A DNA stretch of 34,078 nucleotides from Stramenopiles sp. TOSAG23-3 (Eukaryota). The position numbers were made by a program, and so were the translations under genes. The notes under the pieces are model-generated. The model did no database searches. It saw nothing but the letters and a program-made list of their open reading frames with translations, and was not told where the DNA came from. The stretch covers positions 1 through 34,078 of the forward strand of contig LT642205.1 in assembly GCA_900128585.1 (NCBI GenBank), given 5' to 3'. Positions 10,569 through 21,487 of this stretch are shown here, one piece after another (positions within the stretch are counted from its first letter, which is position 1; each line of letters opens with the position of its first letter).

Positions 10569-12989
10569 ATGAACTTGGCCGCAGCAGCAGGTTCACCAAG
10601 TGCTTGCATTCGTGCTTGTTGTGACAGATATCTGGAGGTCGTTCGGAATGGCAGCAGCGATTCTTATTTTGATGTTATCGTCTTGACTGCCACCGATGAA
10701 CGGCAAAAACTTCTGTACGAGAATTTTGTTCGTCAGCGTGTAGGGCTGCGACAGATACCAAAATCGACGAAAGTTCTAGTTATCGCGGATCCACCCCCCG
10801 TGGGTCACAGAGTTGGAAACGGGGGGGCTGTTCTGAACTGCCTTCGCGTATTGAAAGCGCACAGTTTGGACTGGACAGAAAAACGTATTTTTCTAGTTTT
10901 ATCTGGTGGTTACAGCAAGCGTTCCCCAAATTTGGCCGCTGCAGGGAAAGCGTTTGCTCCGATCCCATACGATTTGCCTTTGGGGTGCCCTGTGCCCACC
11001 GTTTTTGACTTAAAGTTGGCTTTGTTTGCTGCGTACGGAAAGAAAAGTAGCAGCCCGGCCGGTATTTTGGTGGCGGCAGGGGATATCTACGACGTCATGG
11101 ATGGACGTAACTTTGCTCTATCCTCAACGGGCATAACTGCGCTCGCCCACTTTGACTCATGCGAGTATGGATCCAATCATGGAGTATTTGAAACGTCGAC
11201 AGAGCCTGCAAGTAGCGCCAGTGGGCACTTGAAAAGGGTAAGTCGCTACCATCAAAAAGAGAAAAAACAAGTTTTGCAACAGATTGCCAATGAAGACCAC
11301 CGGGTTCTAACGGACGGCGATTTTTTTATGGCAAGTGACGTCTGCGAAGCGTTGTATGAAGCAACGGCCTCGTACGATCTGCCTTTGCCGGAGGGCGAGC
11401 TCTGTTGCTGGACACATTTTTTCGATGCCTGCACACCCGCTAGCAATAAAAACAACCGTGGCGATATTGAAGGGTTATTCAAGGCGCTTGAAAAATTTGA
11501 GCTGTTTGCACTGGATGTGTCGTCCGACCCATCTCACTTTTTCTCACACGTTGGCACGTTACCGGAATACTTATCCTTATTCACGGGGATGGGGAAAAAA
11601 TTGCTGGGGTCTATTCTGAGAGGGGAAACGGTGTGCCCACCAACCTCTCTTGTAGAATATAGCAATCTCTTCGACTGCACAATTGGCGACCATGCAATAG
11701 TCAGTGGGGTGGTCGCTTCCGGGCATCATTTCCCGGAAGCCACAGTGACACTAGGGTTACATTTCAACAAAGACGGCAGGGAAGAGTATGCCCTTTTCCA
11801 GTACCCATTAAAAGGGGACATGAAGGCCGTGTTTGCCACCAAAAGTGCCATTGACAACCCTATTACATTGGCAGATGCGCTTGAATTCAAATCAGTTCAA
11901 CCAACGCTTGCTAGTTTCTCTGTGGCATTTGACAGCAAACGAATTATCTTGGGAGCGGCAAAGCAAGTTACTCAGAAGCTTCCCGGTCTGGGGGGGAAGA
12001 GCTGGGGTGAAAGTTGCTCGGCAGAAATCAATCTGCCAGTGAGGCTTATTCTTGCAGGCGGCTGGAGTGATACACCACCAATGGCGTTGGTCCATGGTGG
12101 ATCGGTCTTCAACCTGGCGGTAAAGGTGAATGGGGAACTACCACTACGTATTTGTGTGGAGAGCTCAGACTCTTGGTATTTTGAAAGTGACGGCAAATCG
12201 TCCCTCAACATGGAAATGGAGGAGAATGATCCATGCGCACTCATCAAAACTTGCTTGAAAGTTTTAGGGCCGAATTTTACTGCGCGTCCTCTGAAGATTA
12301 TTACACGCAGCAGTCTGCCAAATGGAAGTGGCCTTGGGACGTCCAGTATATTAATGCTGGGCGTCTTCCGAGCTGTACTTCAGGTGTATGGTCTGTCCAT
12401 TTCCCTTGAGGAGGAAAGCGACCTGGTGTTAGCGACGGAACAGGCGCTTGGAAGCGGAGGTGGGTGGCAAGATCAAATTGGAGGAGGGACCTCTGGAGCA
12501 AAGTTTGTGTCGGGAAACTCGGGAGGGAATCTTCAAGTCGTCCCCATTAAAATCTCGCCGAGTGTGCGGTTCTTGTGTTTGAACTCACAAATTAGGCGAC
12601 GGGCCAAAGTGGTGCTAGACAAAGTGGTCGAAGGATACAAAGAAGGCCGCAATGTTGATATCTTTGCGACGGCTTTGCCAGCGAACGCACGGAGAATGAA
12701 AGAGGCTTTCGAGCACAACAATTTGGAGGCAGCCGGCACAGAGCTGCAAACATACCTCTCCTTGTGCAGTGCCTTGGCCCCTAATTTTATGCCCCAGGAG
12801 TTGGAACCAATAATGGCTTTTTGCAAGAATTACTGTTATGGCGAGGGGGTCAATTTAATGGGGGCCGGTGCAGGGGGGTTTATCGTTGGTATTTTGAAAA
12901 AAGACTTTGATCTAGAAATTGCCAAAAAAATTGCCAATGATGTTGGGGTCGACGTTCAACTAAATCAATTAAGCATTTTTGCTGAATAA
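10569..12989 (+). CDS. FKGP: Bifunctional L-fucokinase / fucose-1-phosphate guanylyltransferase (GDP-fucose salvage)
   Basis: N-terminal FDVIVLTA, DPPPVGHRVGNGGA, SGGYSKRSP..GKAF and NHGVF (pyrophosphorylase-like). C-terminal GHMP kinase motifs LAGGWSDTPP, PNGSGLGTSS, GGGWQDQIGG, GAGAGGF. Confidence 0.9.
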   Translation: MNLAAAAGSPSACIRACCDRYLEVVRNGSSDSYFDVIVLTATDERQKLLYENFVRQRVGLRQIPKSTKVLVIADPPPVGHRVGNGGAVLNCLRVLKAHSLDWTEKRIFLVLSGGYSKRSPNLAAAGKAFAPIPYDLPLGCPVPTVFDLKLALFAAYGKKSSSPAGILVAAGDIYDVMDGRNFALSSTGITALAHFDSCEYGSNHGVFETSTEPASSASGHLKRVSRYHQKEKKQVLQQIANEDHRVLTDGDFFMASDVCEALYEATASYDLPLPEGELCCWTHFFDACTPASNKNNRGDIEGLFKALEKFELFALDVSSDPSHFFSHVGTLPEYLSLFTGMGKKLLGSILRGETVCPPTSLVEYSNLFDCTIGDHAIVSGVVASGHHFPEATVTLGLHFNKDGREEYALFQYPLKGDMKAVFATKSAIDNPITLADALEFKSVQPTLASFSVAFDSKRIILGAAKQVTQKLPGLGGKSWGESCSAEINLPVRLILAGGWSDTPPMALVHGGSVFNLAVKVNGELPLRICVESSDSWYFESDGKSSLNMEMEENDPCALIKTCLKVLGPNFTARPLKIITRSSLPNGSGLGTSSILMLGVFRAVLQVYGLSISLEEESDLVLATEQALGSGGGWQDQIGGGTSGAKFVSGNSGGNLQVVPIKISPSVRFLCLNSQIRRRAKVVLDKVVEGYKEGRNVDIFATALPANARRMKEAFEHNNLEAAGTELQTYLSLCSALAPNFMPQELEPIMAFCKNYCYGEGVNLMGAGAGGFIVGILKKDFDLEIAKKIANDVGVDVQLNQLSIFAE

Positions 12990-13302
12990 ATAATGTTTTT
13001 GTAATTATTATGTTCTCTAGAATATCATTATTATTCTCTATCAAAACAAAACACAAAACGGAAAAAAAGAACAGTCTGAGAGGAGGGAAGGACGGACCTT
13101 TTTTATTTTAAATAATAAGAATTAGAAGAAGAAATAGGTCTAATTTTAATAAAATTGTTTTTTTTGCATTTACACAGGAGGTTTGAAGAAACAAACAGCA
13201 AAGAGAAATAAGTTTATCCCTGTGGGAAACGGATACAATTTCTTGCAGAAAGAAACAAAGTGAAATTAAAAAATCCATTTTAGACATTTGATTTCATAAA
13301 CG

Positions 13303-13983
13303 ATGTCGCTGTTTGAACAATACGAAGAGGAGTTTTTGAACACCTCCAGGGGGGTGTCTCAGCGTATTGGCCAGTTCAACTATAACAATGGTGACGCCGA
13401 AGCCCAAAAGGCACTGAATGCTGCAAAGCAAGGTGTGGAGGAAGCCCGTGGTCTGCTAAAACAGATGGAAGTGACCGCCCGAAGCTTAGAGCCTGCTGTT
13501 CGGAACCAGGTACGACCGAAGTTAGCCCAGTATAAAAAGACGCTGTCGGGGCTGGAAGCTGACTTGTCACGCACCGACCGTTCCACGCTGTACGGGAGGA
13601 ACGACATGACCAGCATGTCAATGGACCACCGGGGAAGAATGATGAGTACTACAGATAAATTGCGCCGTCAAGGTGACACACTTTCGAAAGCGCAGAATAC
13701 TCTTGCAGAAACAGAAGAGGTAGCATTAGGCGTGATGGACGAGCTGGATCGTAACAGGCGAACGATCAACTCTGCTCGCAACAAAGCCTCGCGTACAGCT
13801 AATATGACCGACAGGGCACGTTGGTTGGTCCGGGACATGCAGCGAAGAAATACTAAGCACAAAATCTTTTTATGCTTTGTAATTCTGGTCGTGTTTTCCC
13901 TCATAGGTGTGATTATTTGGTGGCTAAGCAGTAATGGGGTAAAGACCAACGACAGTGGGGCGCCATCGCCAAGTCCTAACTAA
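13303..13983 (+). CDS. VTI1: Qb-SNARE Vti1 (vesicle transport v-SNARE)
   Basis: N-terminal LFEQYEEEF and LLKQMEVTARSL Habc domain; SNARE helix LAETEEVALGVMDELDRNRRTI; C-terminal TM IFLCFVILVVFSLIGVIIWWL. Confidence 0.9.
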   Translation: MSLFEQYEEEFLNTSRGVSQRIGQFNYNNGDAEAQKALNAAKQGVEEARGLLKQMEVTARSLEPAVRNQVRPKLAQYKKTLSGLEADLSRTDRSTLYGRNDMTSMSMDHRGRMMSTTDKLRRQGDTLSKAQNTLAETEEVALGVMDELDRNRRTINSARNKASRTANMTDRARWLVRDMQRRNTKHKIFLCFVILVVFSLIGVIIWWLSSNGVKTNDSGAPSPSPN

Positions 13984-14222
13984 ACTAGCAGCCAGCAAAA
14001 GCTCGAACAGTTTTGGAAAGGAAATCGCACAAAACTTTATTATCTTGCCCGTGTGTGGTTAGCACGCGAAATATCTGTAGCTCTACTACGCGTCTGTACG
14101 AAGCCTTTTCGTGGTCATATATTTCTTATTATTACTCTTAAGTTCCTATAAATATTATGGAGGTTTCTCTAAGAGAGGTAAAAATTCGTAACCTATAAAA
14201 CAAACAATTTCTACGCCCCCAC

Positions 14223-17008
14223 CTACAGTATTGCAACCCCTCTGGTAGCCAAAGGCAACGACTTTTCAAGAACTAAAACATGCCGGTTTGGGTCGATGTT
14301 CCACATGTGTGAACCAAATCCCAAAAGCTCGTTTCTGTTGTTAAACAATAATGAACGGACGCCTACATTGGCTTTGGGTCCCACGATGATTGCGTCTACG
14401 TGGAACTGGCGGTTGGCCCATTTCATACAAAAAAGGCCGACCTCCTCAACCCAAAAGTAAAAGATCGTTCCTCCCCATGGCCCTCCCTCTAAGGGAGGCG
14501 AGGCGAGTGCGGTCACGTGCGTTTTGTGTGTCTCTGCGACAACTTCGCATGTTCCCGATTTTATATCAATGCATACGATGCAATCGGAATACAGGGCGTC
14601 GTTTGCAGCCATGACCCCATACAGGGCCTCTCCCTTCTCCAACCACATGCCAAACGACAGCGAAGTAATCACCACGGTGTCGACCGTATACTTTGAGTCC
14701 TTCAGGGTCAATTTTGCTAGATGAAGGTAGGTCCCGTCGTTGGGGTTTATTTTGATCAAGGAACCATTCAAAATACCAAAGCACTGCTTGCCGGTTGACG
14801 CGCAGATAGTCCTGAGCCCAGGGATTGGTGAACCGACATGTTCCAGATTATCACTTCGAACGTTGTACGCATACAATTGGCCCGGAACAGTGCTCAAAGT
14901 TCCACCAGAAATGCTTCCCCTGTGGCGCCCCGATCCTAGCAAAAAAAGCGTGTCCGAGCGGCCAGCGGTCCAATCGTTAGTGGAAAAATCGTGGAACGTG
15001 TCGGCATACGTCGTAGAGTCATGCGCCGTCGATCCCATTACACCAGAGCCTGGACCCTCTTGCGAAATCAGGGCGCCAATGTTGGTGTTCCGCCTCTGCA
15101 TTCTGTTTCGCACCATACTGTCCCGCCTTGAGTATTGCCGCACGTCGACCCCTTCTGTTCTCAACGGAACGGCGGAAGAATTATGCACCGTGTCCGCGTT
15201 GCTGCTGCAGACGGACGAAGTCTCGCTAGATCCCTCCGCGTCGACGTTTCTGGGGTGGGCGTAGGCGTGAACGTTAGAACTAGCGCCCCCCGGAAAAAAA
15301 TGGGCGTCAAAATCGTCTGCGCGTGGCGGGCTAAAAGACGATGCCCTGCCACCAAGTGCTAATTGCTGCTGCGCCATGCGCTCGACCACTGCCCCCAATG
15401 CTCGCTGTTGATCAAGGCGATCGCGCTCCAATTGGTACCGCTGGATGTCCATTTGAGCAAAATAGTAATGCTGCATCCATTGCCATGCGTACGCCTCCGC
15501 CTGCAGTCGGCGCTCACGCTCCGCCAACACGAACTGCCACGGATCTCGCCCATTGCGCAAGTTGCCTGTTCCGGGCGGAGCTTGTCCCAAATGATTCGTG
15601 GTATTTTCAAAAACGGGCGTACGAGCGGTTCGAAGGGGACTGGTCTGGGGAACCCCGGGGGGGGCAGCGACTTCTTTCGGTGGGGACGGGGGGGGGGGGG
15701 CGGCGGCAGGGGAACTTCTTCGACTTGAATCGGCCGGGGATTTTGTGCCATGCTTTCCCTCTCCCAGTTCGTGTGGGCACTGTGGTGGTGCCGGCGACGG
15801 TGGTGGTGCCGGCGATGGTGGCGACGGCGCCGTGCCGGCCTCAGTTCAACGGGATCGTGGTTGCCATGAACGTCCAGGTCTCCCTTCGTTTCTTCCGTCC
15901 TCTCTTTTGACCCGGGAGAGGATTGCCGTAATTTAAGGTTCGTTATATAATCGTCGTCTTGAAACATGGAATTCCCCGACTGTGGGGTTTTGTGGATAGT
16001 CGCCGCGCCCCTTGGATTCAACGGACGTTCCGACCGTCTGTCCACGTCTTGTTTTGGGCTGCCTTCGCCAAAGTTTGGCGTGCCGAACGATATCAAACTG
16101 TCCCCGGCAACGCCGTACAGTTGGCCGTCCTGGTTAAATTTCAACGAACTCAACCGTCGCTTCGTTCCCTTTCCTATGCGCGACATTATGGTCTCTAATT
16201 TGTCCCGTTTTACTCTAACAGATTCGATCGCGTTGTTCCCAAACCAGTGTACCCTATGTAACCCGATCGAACTGGACCAAAACAAAAATGCAACGTCTTT
16301 CCGGGGGCCTAAAGCCCTGTGGGGGGATGCCAAAGCTTCGACATCGTGAACGCCGGAAGCAAGTATCGGCCGAACCCCAAACCCTCCAGATTCTTCTATT
16401 TTGCAAATGCTATCGGTTTTCCACAAAGGGTACTTTTCATTATGCCCAATAACCCCGTACAGCAAACACTTCCCATCCTCCATGCAAGTGGAGTAAGTAA
16501 GCGCCTTAATTGCGAAATCAGTAGTCTTCAAATCAAAGGACAGTCTGTTGCGGCCAAGGTAATGGGACGGTTCGTTCCTGTCCAAGACAACCAAGACACT
16601 AACACTAACCTCTCCACGGGTTTGAACCTCAACGCCAACAAAGTGGCCGTCGGACGGTCGGATGGTGATGCAGGACAAAATTCGCCTGCTCTTTCCGACG
16701 CATTTCCATTCGTTTCCACCCAAACAAACATGAATCCCGCAGAAATCGTCCACCTGCACCATCGTCGGTGCACCCCCGTCCCGGTCCTCCGCACTCGAGA
16801 AAGACTCCTCCTCGGGCAAGGCATCACCAAAAAAGTCAAACCCATTTTCCTCCATATCCAACCACTCTTCTAAACTAACCCAATGGGTTGATCCGTCCGA
16901 CTTAAAATTTGCTGCGAACGGTATATCGCCATCTTCGATTTTATCTTTCAAGATCACCGTTGAATACGGACCTTTGGTTCTACCCCCTGGAAGCCGCACG
17001 TGCCACAT
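14223..17008 (-). CDS. GYF_2-like domain protein with two homologous beta-rich (propeller-like) domains; one gene split by a frameshift
   Basis: N-terminal WHVRLPGGRTKGPYS...W (GYF_2/DUF4339-like). Both ORFs carry a related module (LYGVIG..DSICKI..VEALASP..FLFW..IGL..LSSLKFN vs LYGVMA..DCIVCI..VTALASP..FYFW..VGL..VRSLLFN). The downstream frame is open back to TGA at 15848-15846, so both frames span the G13 run at 15688-15700. Adding one base gives about 928 aa. Confidence 0.75.
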
Positions 17009-17056
17009 CAATAATCATACGACCTTGCAGCTCTTCTCCCTTTTTTTCCAACTTGC

Positions 17057-17063
<7 letters not shown>

Positions 17064-17096
<33 letters not shown>
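17064..17096. repeat. (TG)16 microsatellite
   Basis: Perfect TG run about 55 bp upstream of the minus-strand ATG at 17008. Confidence 0.97.
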
Positions 17097-17100
<4 letters not shown>

Positions 17101-18023
17101 TAAATATTATTTATTCACACTGTTTTCATGTTATCTTTACCTTTATTCTTCTATATCCTCATGTTTATCATAGTCAACAGTTGGATCCAAACATTAATTC
17201 ATTCTGTTGTAATAACTGATCATTTTGTTCAGGTAATTAATTGTACTAAAACTAGTTCTACTACCAAATTCAAAATCATCATCAATAATAATCACATCCA
17301 TCAATAATTTTTTTAATTATTTTTTAAATAGTACCACCAAGTAGACGACTATTAGCAAATATTATAAACGACTATGAAATAAATTATACTATAAAAAATA
17401 ATAATAAATTTTTTAAAAAAATTAAAAAAGGAGGAAGAAGAAGAAGAAGAAGAGGAAGAATTTGTATCTGGAGGGATGACATTATAATTTAGTCGGTTCT
17501 AATCTCTTGTATTAATATTTGCTGTGTGACTGTGTATAATAAAGAGGTTTATTATTGTACATTAATATTTCTCTAAAATTTTATTAATTTAAGACTAGTT
17601 TCACTTTTTTTACCAATTATTATTTAGTCGTATAATAATAGTATTTGTATTTGTATTAAATATTACAGGTACCACCTGGTATTTACCTATTATTATTATT
17701 AGAAGAGTTTTTCTGTATTGTTTTATTTACTCGTTGTTATATTGCATATATAGACAACTATTTTTTTTCATTTTTTTTTTTTTTTCCTCTTTTTTTTTAA
17801 TTATTTTTTTCTCTCTTTTTACTTACTCCTGGTAGCAATTAATCTAAATACTATTTAGTCTGCATGAAAACTGACAACGATAAAATGCTACAACCAAACC
17901 CAAACAATCAACCTGTAGCTGGGCTTGATACAATTTTTGCACTGCTATATAACCCACGGGAGAGAGAGAGAAAGAAAGGTTTTAGCAGAGATTTCACTGG
18001 TTGCCCGTTGCAAGTAGGTATTA

Positions 18024-21000
18024 ATGGGCGCTTGTAAAAGGCAGGCGTCGGTGCCTTGCGGGTCGCTCCTCCTCTTCGTACTAGCGGCGGTCGGTTCTTG
18101 CGTTAAATTGGTGTCTGGAATAAATGATGTAAATAATATTCGCTTTGTAATTGCTCCTTTGGGGACAAACGGGGTCTCTCACAGTACTTCGTGTGGGCAC
18201 TACGGCATGGACCCAGCCGAGCCTGGAAACGGTGTGTTGGAATGGAACGAAACTTTGCTGGCGAGGGTAGCGGCCAACATGTCCTACACTTCCATTGGAA
18301 AGGTAGGTTGTTGCGCACGGTCTGCTTGGTGCGACAGGGATACGCGCGAATGTTTTTCTACAGGATTCGGCTCGGGGGGGTATGAAAATTTAGGGTGGAA
18401 AGGCCCTGTGGCAAACATGGCGAACACTCGCCTGGGCCTGAAAAGTGTTGCCCCGGTGTATATGTGCGTTCCGAAACCAACACCGTTGGTGGGGAACGGT
18501 AGTGCGCCGCTGCCGCCGTTGCGGGTAGACGTTGCCCGCGTGATAAATAGTGGCGCGCGCGTGGAGATTTTGGGTAGGAATTTTGGCAAGGACCCATCTG
18601 TGATCAAGATTTTTACGGGAGACCATCGGTGCACGGACATTCAAATATGCAGCTCTGTGTGCCAGACCTGTTCGTCCGACGACGACTGCGGGTACGACGA
18701 GGAGTGCCTGAAGCTGAGTGGGTCTCGCGGGGTTTGCTTGAAGCCTTGTAAGTTTACTGCGTCTGGTCTTGACAAGCAATGCCCATGCGAGACGGAATGC
18801 CGAAGGCTGTTCACGGACGGAAGGTACAAGAGGTTCTGCATGAACAAAAACGTTTACACGATCGCTGATATTTGCTCCAAGCCTGTAGACTCGCGTTTGA
18901 CCGGACAGGTTGATTCGAAAGTCTCCTGTGCTGTGCACTCCTTGCATCGTGTATGCCCGTCCAATGCCCCATTTTCGTTGGCCCCAGGCTTAGACAGTAT
19001 GCTGAGCAATGTGTCGATTTCTATTGACGGTGTTTGGGCCAACGCCGATGGCTCGAATGTCCTGACGATGACAGACTGCGGCGTGGATGCCGATTGTGAC
19101 GACAACGATCCGTGCACGGTGGACAGCTGCACCGTCTCGTCCGGGGGAGAGAAATGTTGCGAGCACAATGCTTCACAGTTTTGCCAAGTAGGAAGTATTC
19201 TGCCCCCGTCTCAGCGCGAGTTATCTTCGGACTTCTACGTGATGGTTGATTCGAACAGAGACGACCCGTCGGTACCGACAAAGGAGTTGTTTGGTAGCAA
19301 CGCTGCGCCACCGGATGCAGGTGCAGCGCTTGAAGCCAACGGGTTTAAACGATTGTCCGCCTCGGATGTGGACGACAGCCCGCTGGAAGAAGTGGAGATG
19401 AGTTTTGACTTTCCCTATCTTTTGGGGTACCAGTCGTTTCAAAAAATCTACCCAAATCCAAACGGGGCAATACAATTTCAAAGTACGTCCCCGTGCGGTT
19501 CATCGTTTTCATCATACACTTGCGGTTTGTCGAACGCGTATTACAATTTGCTTGCTCCTTTAGTAACGGATTTCAATCCAAAATTCACTAGGCACGCGCA
19601 AATTCTTGCGAAAACAGAAGCGACGAGGACGGATGTTGTATTTCTCAACCTCCCAGTGTATAGGGCTGGGGGGTACGTACCAAAAGCACCGCATTATACG
19701 TTTATGGCAAGTTTATACAAAGACGGGACCGTGCAATTTTTTTACTTGGATGTGACGCTCCCCGTCGAGCACACCCCGCAAATGCTAGGAATGCGAGGTT
19801 TGCATTTGCACGGGAATGATATTTTGTTGAATGGGATTGGGGGTGCAGACAGTATTCGGACCGGTGCGGTGGTTACCTTCTGTCCAACGGCCAACTTTGC
19901 TTGCATGGACACGGTGTGCGGGGCGTCTGGCACCAGAATAAGATTTTCGTTATTCAGACCATTGAGCTGTGGAAATGGGGATTTGATCAACACTGCAGCT
20001 CTGCAGTGCGACTTCGAGGGCTGGAAGTCAACAGCAACATACGCCAGCGATGGGGGAAACAATCATTGGGTCGAGTGCAGCGTTCCAAGCGGTACAAACA
20101 ACGCTAACGCAACCGCTGCCCCGAATACGACCAACGCCACGGGTACTGTCGCAACGCCCTTTGGAAACGAACGATTGCCAAATGAAACGTATCTATCCGT
20201 CTCTCTAGAAACAACTGATGGCGTGAAAATCAATTTCCATGGGGCCCGGAAAAGCTTAAACGGCAGTCTCAGTGCGCACCCGCTTGTCTTTAAAGTAGAC
20301 AACCGTGCAGGAAGCAACTCCCAGTGTTCTGGTATGCCCGTGCCGCAGTGCAACTCCTGTCAAATTGATGGGCCGGAAGGAGAGGGGAAAGATTGTAGTG
20401 GGACCTGTTTTGGAGGTGCCATTGAAGACGCCTGCGGCGCCTGTACCGGAGGGAGCACAAATGTAGAAGTTGACCAGGCGCTTGATTGCGCTGGAGTGTG
20501 TCATGGCACAGCGGAAATAGACGCTTGCGGAACATGTGCCGGGGGCTCGACGGGGAAAGTTCCAGTACAATCGGCATCCAAGTGCGTGACGTACTGTGCG
20601 CCTGGCGTTGCCCTAGACGATTGCGGGGTATGTGGGGGCAATAATAGACTGAAAGACTGCGATGGGGTTTGCTATGGATCAAACTTCGCGTGCCGAGATG
20701 GCAATGATGGAAAGGGGTCGACAAAGGGTTCAGGAAATGGCAACTCCGACGATGTCACCGAAGAGGAGCAGAGGCGAGACACCTACATGATCGCTGCCAC
20801 TGTTATTATATTGTCAGGATTGTTATTTTATAACTGCGTTCGGAGCTGGAGGAGATTTGCAGAAGTGGGCCAGGCGCAAGAAGTGGCTCAAAGAAATAGG
20901 CCGCAGCGTATTGAAGCCGATGTTCTGGCTGCAATGCCCACAACCACGTATTGTAGCGATGGTCCTGAACTCCAGTTTGGGGGAACCATGTGCGCCATTT

Positions 21001-21347
21001 GTATTTGTGATTATGAAAACGAAGATATCCTGCGAAATCTTCCTTGTGGGCACCACTTTCACCAAGAGTGCATCGATAGGTGGTTTGGAATGAATAGACT
21101 CTGCCCGGTGTGCAAAGCTGATGCTTCAGGGGAGGCACCTGCTTCTGAAGAACGCGCCGCAGTGACCATCGAAATGGCCCCTAGGACAAATCGGGTGTCG
21201 CCACGGCCGCCTCCACCACCACCACCACCACGGAATTTCCATCCTCGAACCGTGCCGCCCCCGCCGCCCTCGCGGCCCACGGAAGCGCAAACTGCTGACA
21301 ATGGTCGGTACTTTGCGGGTATTAGGCGTGCAAGCCGTCATGTATAA
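18024..21347 (+). CDS. Type I membrane protein with large Cys-rich ectodomain and cytosolic RING-H2 (putative receptor-like E3 ubiquitin ligase)
   Basis: Signal-like LLLFVLAAVG; IPT/TIG-like SGARVEILGRNFG; DCDDNDPCTVDSC; NIDO/PLXDC-like FDFPY..IYPNPNG..LAPLVTDFNP..FMASLYKDGTVQFFY; DCxGxCxG..DxCGxC repeats; TM YMIAATVIILSGLLFY; RING-H2 CAICICDY..LPCGHHFHQECIDRW..CPVCK; Pro-rich tail. Confidence 0.9.
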   Translation: MGACKRQASVPCGSLLLFVLAAVGSCVKLVSGINDVNNIRFVIAPLGTNGVSHSTSCGHYGMDPAEPGNGVLEWNETLLARVAANMSYTSIGKVGCCARSAWCDRDTRECFSTGFGSGGYENLGWKGPVANMANTRLGLKSVAPVYMCVPKPTPLVGNGSAPLPPLRVDVARVINSGARVEILGRNFGKDPSVIKIFTGDHRCTDIQICSSVCQTCSSDDDCGYDEECLKLSGSRGVCLKPCKFTASGLDKQCPCETECRRLFTDGRYKRFCMNKNVYTIADICSKPVDSRLTGQVDSKVSCAVHSLHRVCPSNAPFSLAPGLDSMLSNVSISIDGVWANADGSNVLTMTDCGVDADCDDNDPCTVDSCTVSSGGEKCCEHNASQFCQVGSILPPSQRELSSDFYVMVDSNRDDPSVPTKELFGSNAAPPDAGAALEANGFKRLSASDVDDSPLEEVEMSFDFPYLLGYQSFQKIYPNPNGAIQFQSTSPCGSSFSSYTCGLSNAYYNLLAPLVTDFNPKFTRHAQILAKTEATRTDVVFLNLPVYRAGGYVPKAPHYTFMASLYKDGTVQFFYLDVTLPVEHTPQMLGMRGLHLHGNDILLNGIGGADSIRTGAVVTFCPTANFACMDTVCGASGTRIRFSLFRPLSCGNGDLINTAALQCDFEGWKSTATYASDGGNNHWVECSVPSGTNNANATAAPNTTNATGTVATPFGNERLPNETYLSVSLETTDGVKINFHGARKSLNGSLSAHPLVFKVDNRAGSNSQCSGMPVPQCNSCQIDGPEGEGKDCSGTCFGGAIEDACGACTGGSTNVEVDQALDCAGVCHGTAEIDACGTCAGGSTGKVPVQSASKCVTYCAPGVALDDCGVCGGNNRLKDCDGVCYGSNFACRDGNDGKGSTKGSGNGNSDDVTEEEQRRDTYMIAATVIILSGLLFYNCVRSWRRFAEVGQAQEVAQRNRPQRIEADVLAAMPTTTYCSDGPELQFGGTMCAICICDYENEDILRNLPCGHHFHQECIDRWFGMNRLCPVCKADASGEAPASEERAAVTIEMAPRTNRVSPRPPPPPPPPRNFHPRTVPPPPPSRPTEAQTADNGRYFAGIRRASRHV

Positions 21348-21487
21348 AAATATTTTTAAATTTCTACACTACGAAATCTTACTTTGCTACTTTTGAGGTA
21401 ATTTAAAAAATTTAAATGAAAAGTAAAAGTTCTTAAGTTACCGTTAATAAAGAAGATCAGTAAAGTTTAATTACTTTAATTCAATTT

